Of a stretch of 64,000 bases of DNA, positions 61,535 to 64,000 are shown one piece after another. The notes below the pieces were generated by a model. That model was not told the origin of the DNA and searched no databases. It was given only the letters and a program-made list of their open reading frames with translations. The first letter of the stretch is position 1; each line of letters opens with the position of its first letter. The translations under genes were made by a program, and so were the position numbers. The DNA comes from Acanthaster planci (taxonomy: Eukaryota). The stretch covers positions 2,524,646 through 2,588,645 of the forward strand of contig NW_019091355.1 of the NCBI RefSeq assembly GCF_001949145.1. The letters are read 5' to 3'.

Positions 61535-64000
61535 GTAAGCCTATGTTATTTTCTGTTCTGTTTTGTTTGTTTTTTTTGGGGGGGCACTGTATTCCGTTCA
61601 CAGTTAATGATATTTTCCCTCGGTAAACCCCTCTGGAAATCAACGTGTGTAAAATTTGTTTCTCATTAAAATGGACTGGTTTGAAACGACGATTGTAGTC
61701 AGCATGTCATGCATGCGTACAGAACGCTTCTGTGATTTGCGCTGCCGCCATTACGAAACACATTGTGCAATCTCAGCTTTTAAACTTAGGGCTGATGAAA
61801 CAAGTGCATTGAAGGTCATTGGTTTTATACATGATTGGCTGATTTCGTGACACCTTGTTAATGCTTTGGACGTGTGAAATATTTCTGAACATGATAAACA
61901 TCCCCATTTTGCTGCGCCTCCTCGCAGATCCAAAAGGACAAAAGGGCTGAGTTTCCCTAAGTTCCAAAGGTCTGTGGGAAATCCTTGGGTATTTGTCGAG
62001 TGTACAATCACAGCATGCGCCAGTAACGGAAATAATTATGTCAACAGGTCCATTATGTAAATCACAAAAGATATGTTTGCATGAACCATAATTTTACAAT
62101 ACGACAGACATCTCATTCAGGCATCCAAATACGAAGTGATGAACCAAAAGTCCGAGTACTTTCCAGTGAATTTCAGTGTTAAAGGGACCAGTCGTGCTGT
62201 ACGAGCTGAGATGATAGTGAAGACATTATTGGGAAACAGCAAAATTTCGGTGGACTTTATTAAAACATGAAAAGGAAAAGAATTTGGTCGGAGGCAAGGA
62301 GGTTTGGCACATTTCAGTTTGTACGTCACAACGTGTACCTCTTTGATTACCCCTACGAAGTACAAATGCTCATGCCGGTGTCTGGTTGGGTTATACATTT
62401 ATTGCATACCATAGCTGCTTTTCCAATGTTATCTGTACAACTATGTAAAAAGTTGGTTCCGTTTCCACCTTTAGTTAAGGTGTGTTTAAATTTCGTAATC
62501 CCCCTTTTCCTGGGCTGGTCTGATTAATCGTAGCTCTGTAAGGCCAAAATTCTTAAGTTAGTGTGATGCCAGTGACACTGACACTGTCAGGAGTCATTGG
62601 AGCTACGTGCGTTGTTATGCTTTTCACAAGACTGTGGACCTTGAGCCTTCTGTAATTCCGTCATGGCCTTGTTTTTAACCCCCTTTGAAATGAGAGTTTT
62701 ATTGAAGTTAATTTAGTACTCGGACTCAGTCACTGAGCGAACATTTTTCCCACCTGTGGAAAAAAACTCATAGGGAATACCAGATATTTCTCCTCTCAGA
62801 TTATTTCAGGAATCTTTCCTCGTAAACTTGACACTCAACAAGTAAATTGCAATCTGTCAAGCAGAGGAGGGCGAAATGTAAAAACGGGAAGTGATAATCA
62901 AGCACACCACCTCCAATGTTGTCATCCAAATGACAGGCTTGGCAATGACCCCATTTATTAAAAGAGCTGTCACTCCAGCCTGACTTTTTTCCCAGACCAA
63001 TATGCACTACCGGTATGTCAAGGTCTTTGTTTATTCCATTTTCTTGCACGTTTTTACACCACGGGTAGCTTAATTGGTACATGTACATGTACATTCCTGT
63101 ATGCCTGAAGTTTATCGCCATATCGCATTTTGTGCCATGATGAGATTACCATAGGTCAAGCTTCGGTGTGCTGGTTTAATTATATGTCTAAGTTGTTTAT
63201 TTCGTGGAGTTTTGTTTTACTACATCTCTTGGTTTTTCTTTTGAAATATGGTTAAACCCCAGTTCTCGTACACTGTTGTTAGTTTGAACTGTTGTTGGAC
63301 CTTAAGCTGTGGTTGACTTCCAGCCTACACTGTCTAGACGCCCTGGCCGTGCTTGTTCTGGAGGTATTAAACCCTCAAGGCGTCCATGGCTGATTATACA
63401 ATCAATATTTCCCCGAGAAATTTACGAAGAAGTTGATCTCTCTGGCTAAAGGCAGTGATTCCAAACTCAACCACAAACTTGTCACGCTTTATTTTTCCAC
63501 AGTACATGAACATGGTTCTAAAGTAACAAGTACAAGTGCCCGTAGGTTTGTAAGTGCAGCATACACACCTGCTGCTTAGAAACTAGAAACATGTTTGGTA
63601 GAGAGTACACTTGCATGCACTTTTTAACAGGGTCAGAACCTAGTGGTGGGCATTTACAAGTAATTAGAACTGGGTACCCTATTGAAGTACACCCGGAAAA
63701 CATGGGTAACAGGGTACCTGCATGGGCATTGCCAGGACTTTTTTCCGGGGGAGGGGCAATCCACTTTTGAGGGGGGATTAAAAAGGAACAGTTAATAGCG
63801 TTAAGGGGTCAACTTTGAAGCTTTTCAAGCAAATTGTTGATTTATACACTTTTTTTTCTTTTTCCACCTTTTTCCTATTTTCTTTTGGACCATACAATCC
63901 AAGCTTGCATCGTTCCTTTCAAAGACTCTTGCTGGGATCAAAATGTCAGGCCCTCCAACTTTGACCCATTTCATTTTGCCAAAGTTGATGAGGCGAAACT

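Overview
Intron-rich metazoan genomic DNA (AT-rich, GT-AG introns, two short N gaps), probably an invertebrate deuterostome; the repeat landscape suggests an echinoderm, but that is inference only. I assembled four genes by hand from splice sites and reading-frame phase. (1) The 3' part (GAF-B plus catalytic domain, 15 exons, 2002-17239, +) of a PDE5/6/11-clade cyclic nucleotide phosphodiesterase. (2) A complete USP53/54-family deubiquitinase (15 coding exons, 41337-27779, -, about 1394 aa) with catalytic Cys/His/Asp motifs, a MIT-like helical segment and a 14-aa tandem repeat. (3) A RASSF2/4/6-type RA+SARAH protein (46660-51496, +) with up to three nested alternative C-termini. (4) The first coding exon of a secreted neuregulin-2/vein-like (NtA-like domain) protein (61105-61534, +). 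Non-coding space holds many MITEs, LINE remnants and two Penelope-like short elements with hammerhead-ribozyme cores, one folded into a TSD-flanked palindrome. The most notable observations are abundant TACATGTA micro-insertions that look like Tc1/mariner excision footprints (one adds two codons in-frame to the USP54-like repeat) and a gene neighbourhood matching the vertebrate USP53-PDE5A / chr4-5-8-10 paralogon. Most entries in the supplied ORF track are not real genes. I found no clearly novel multi-gene system.
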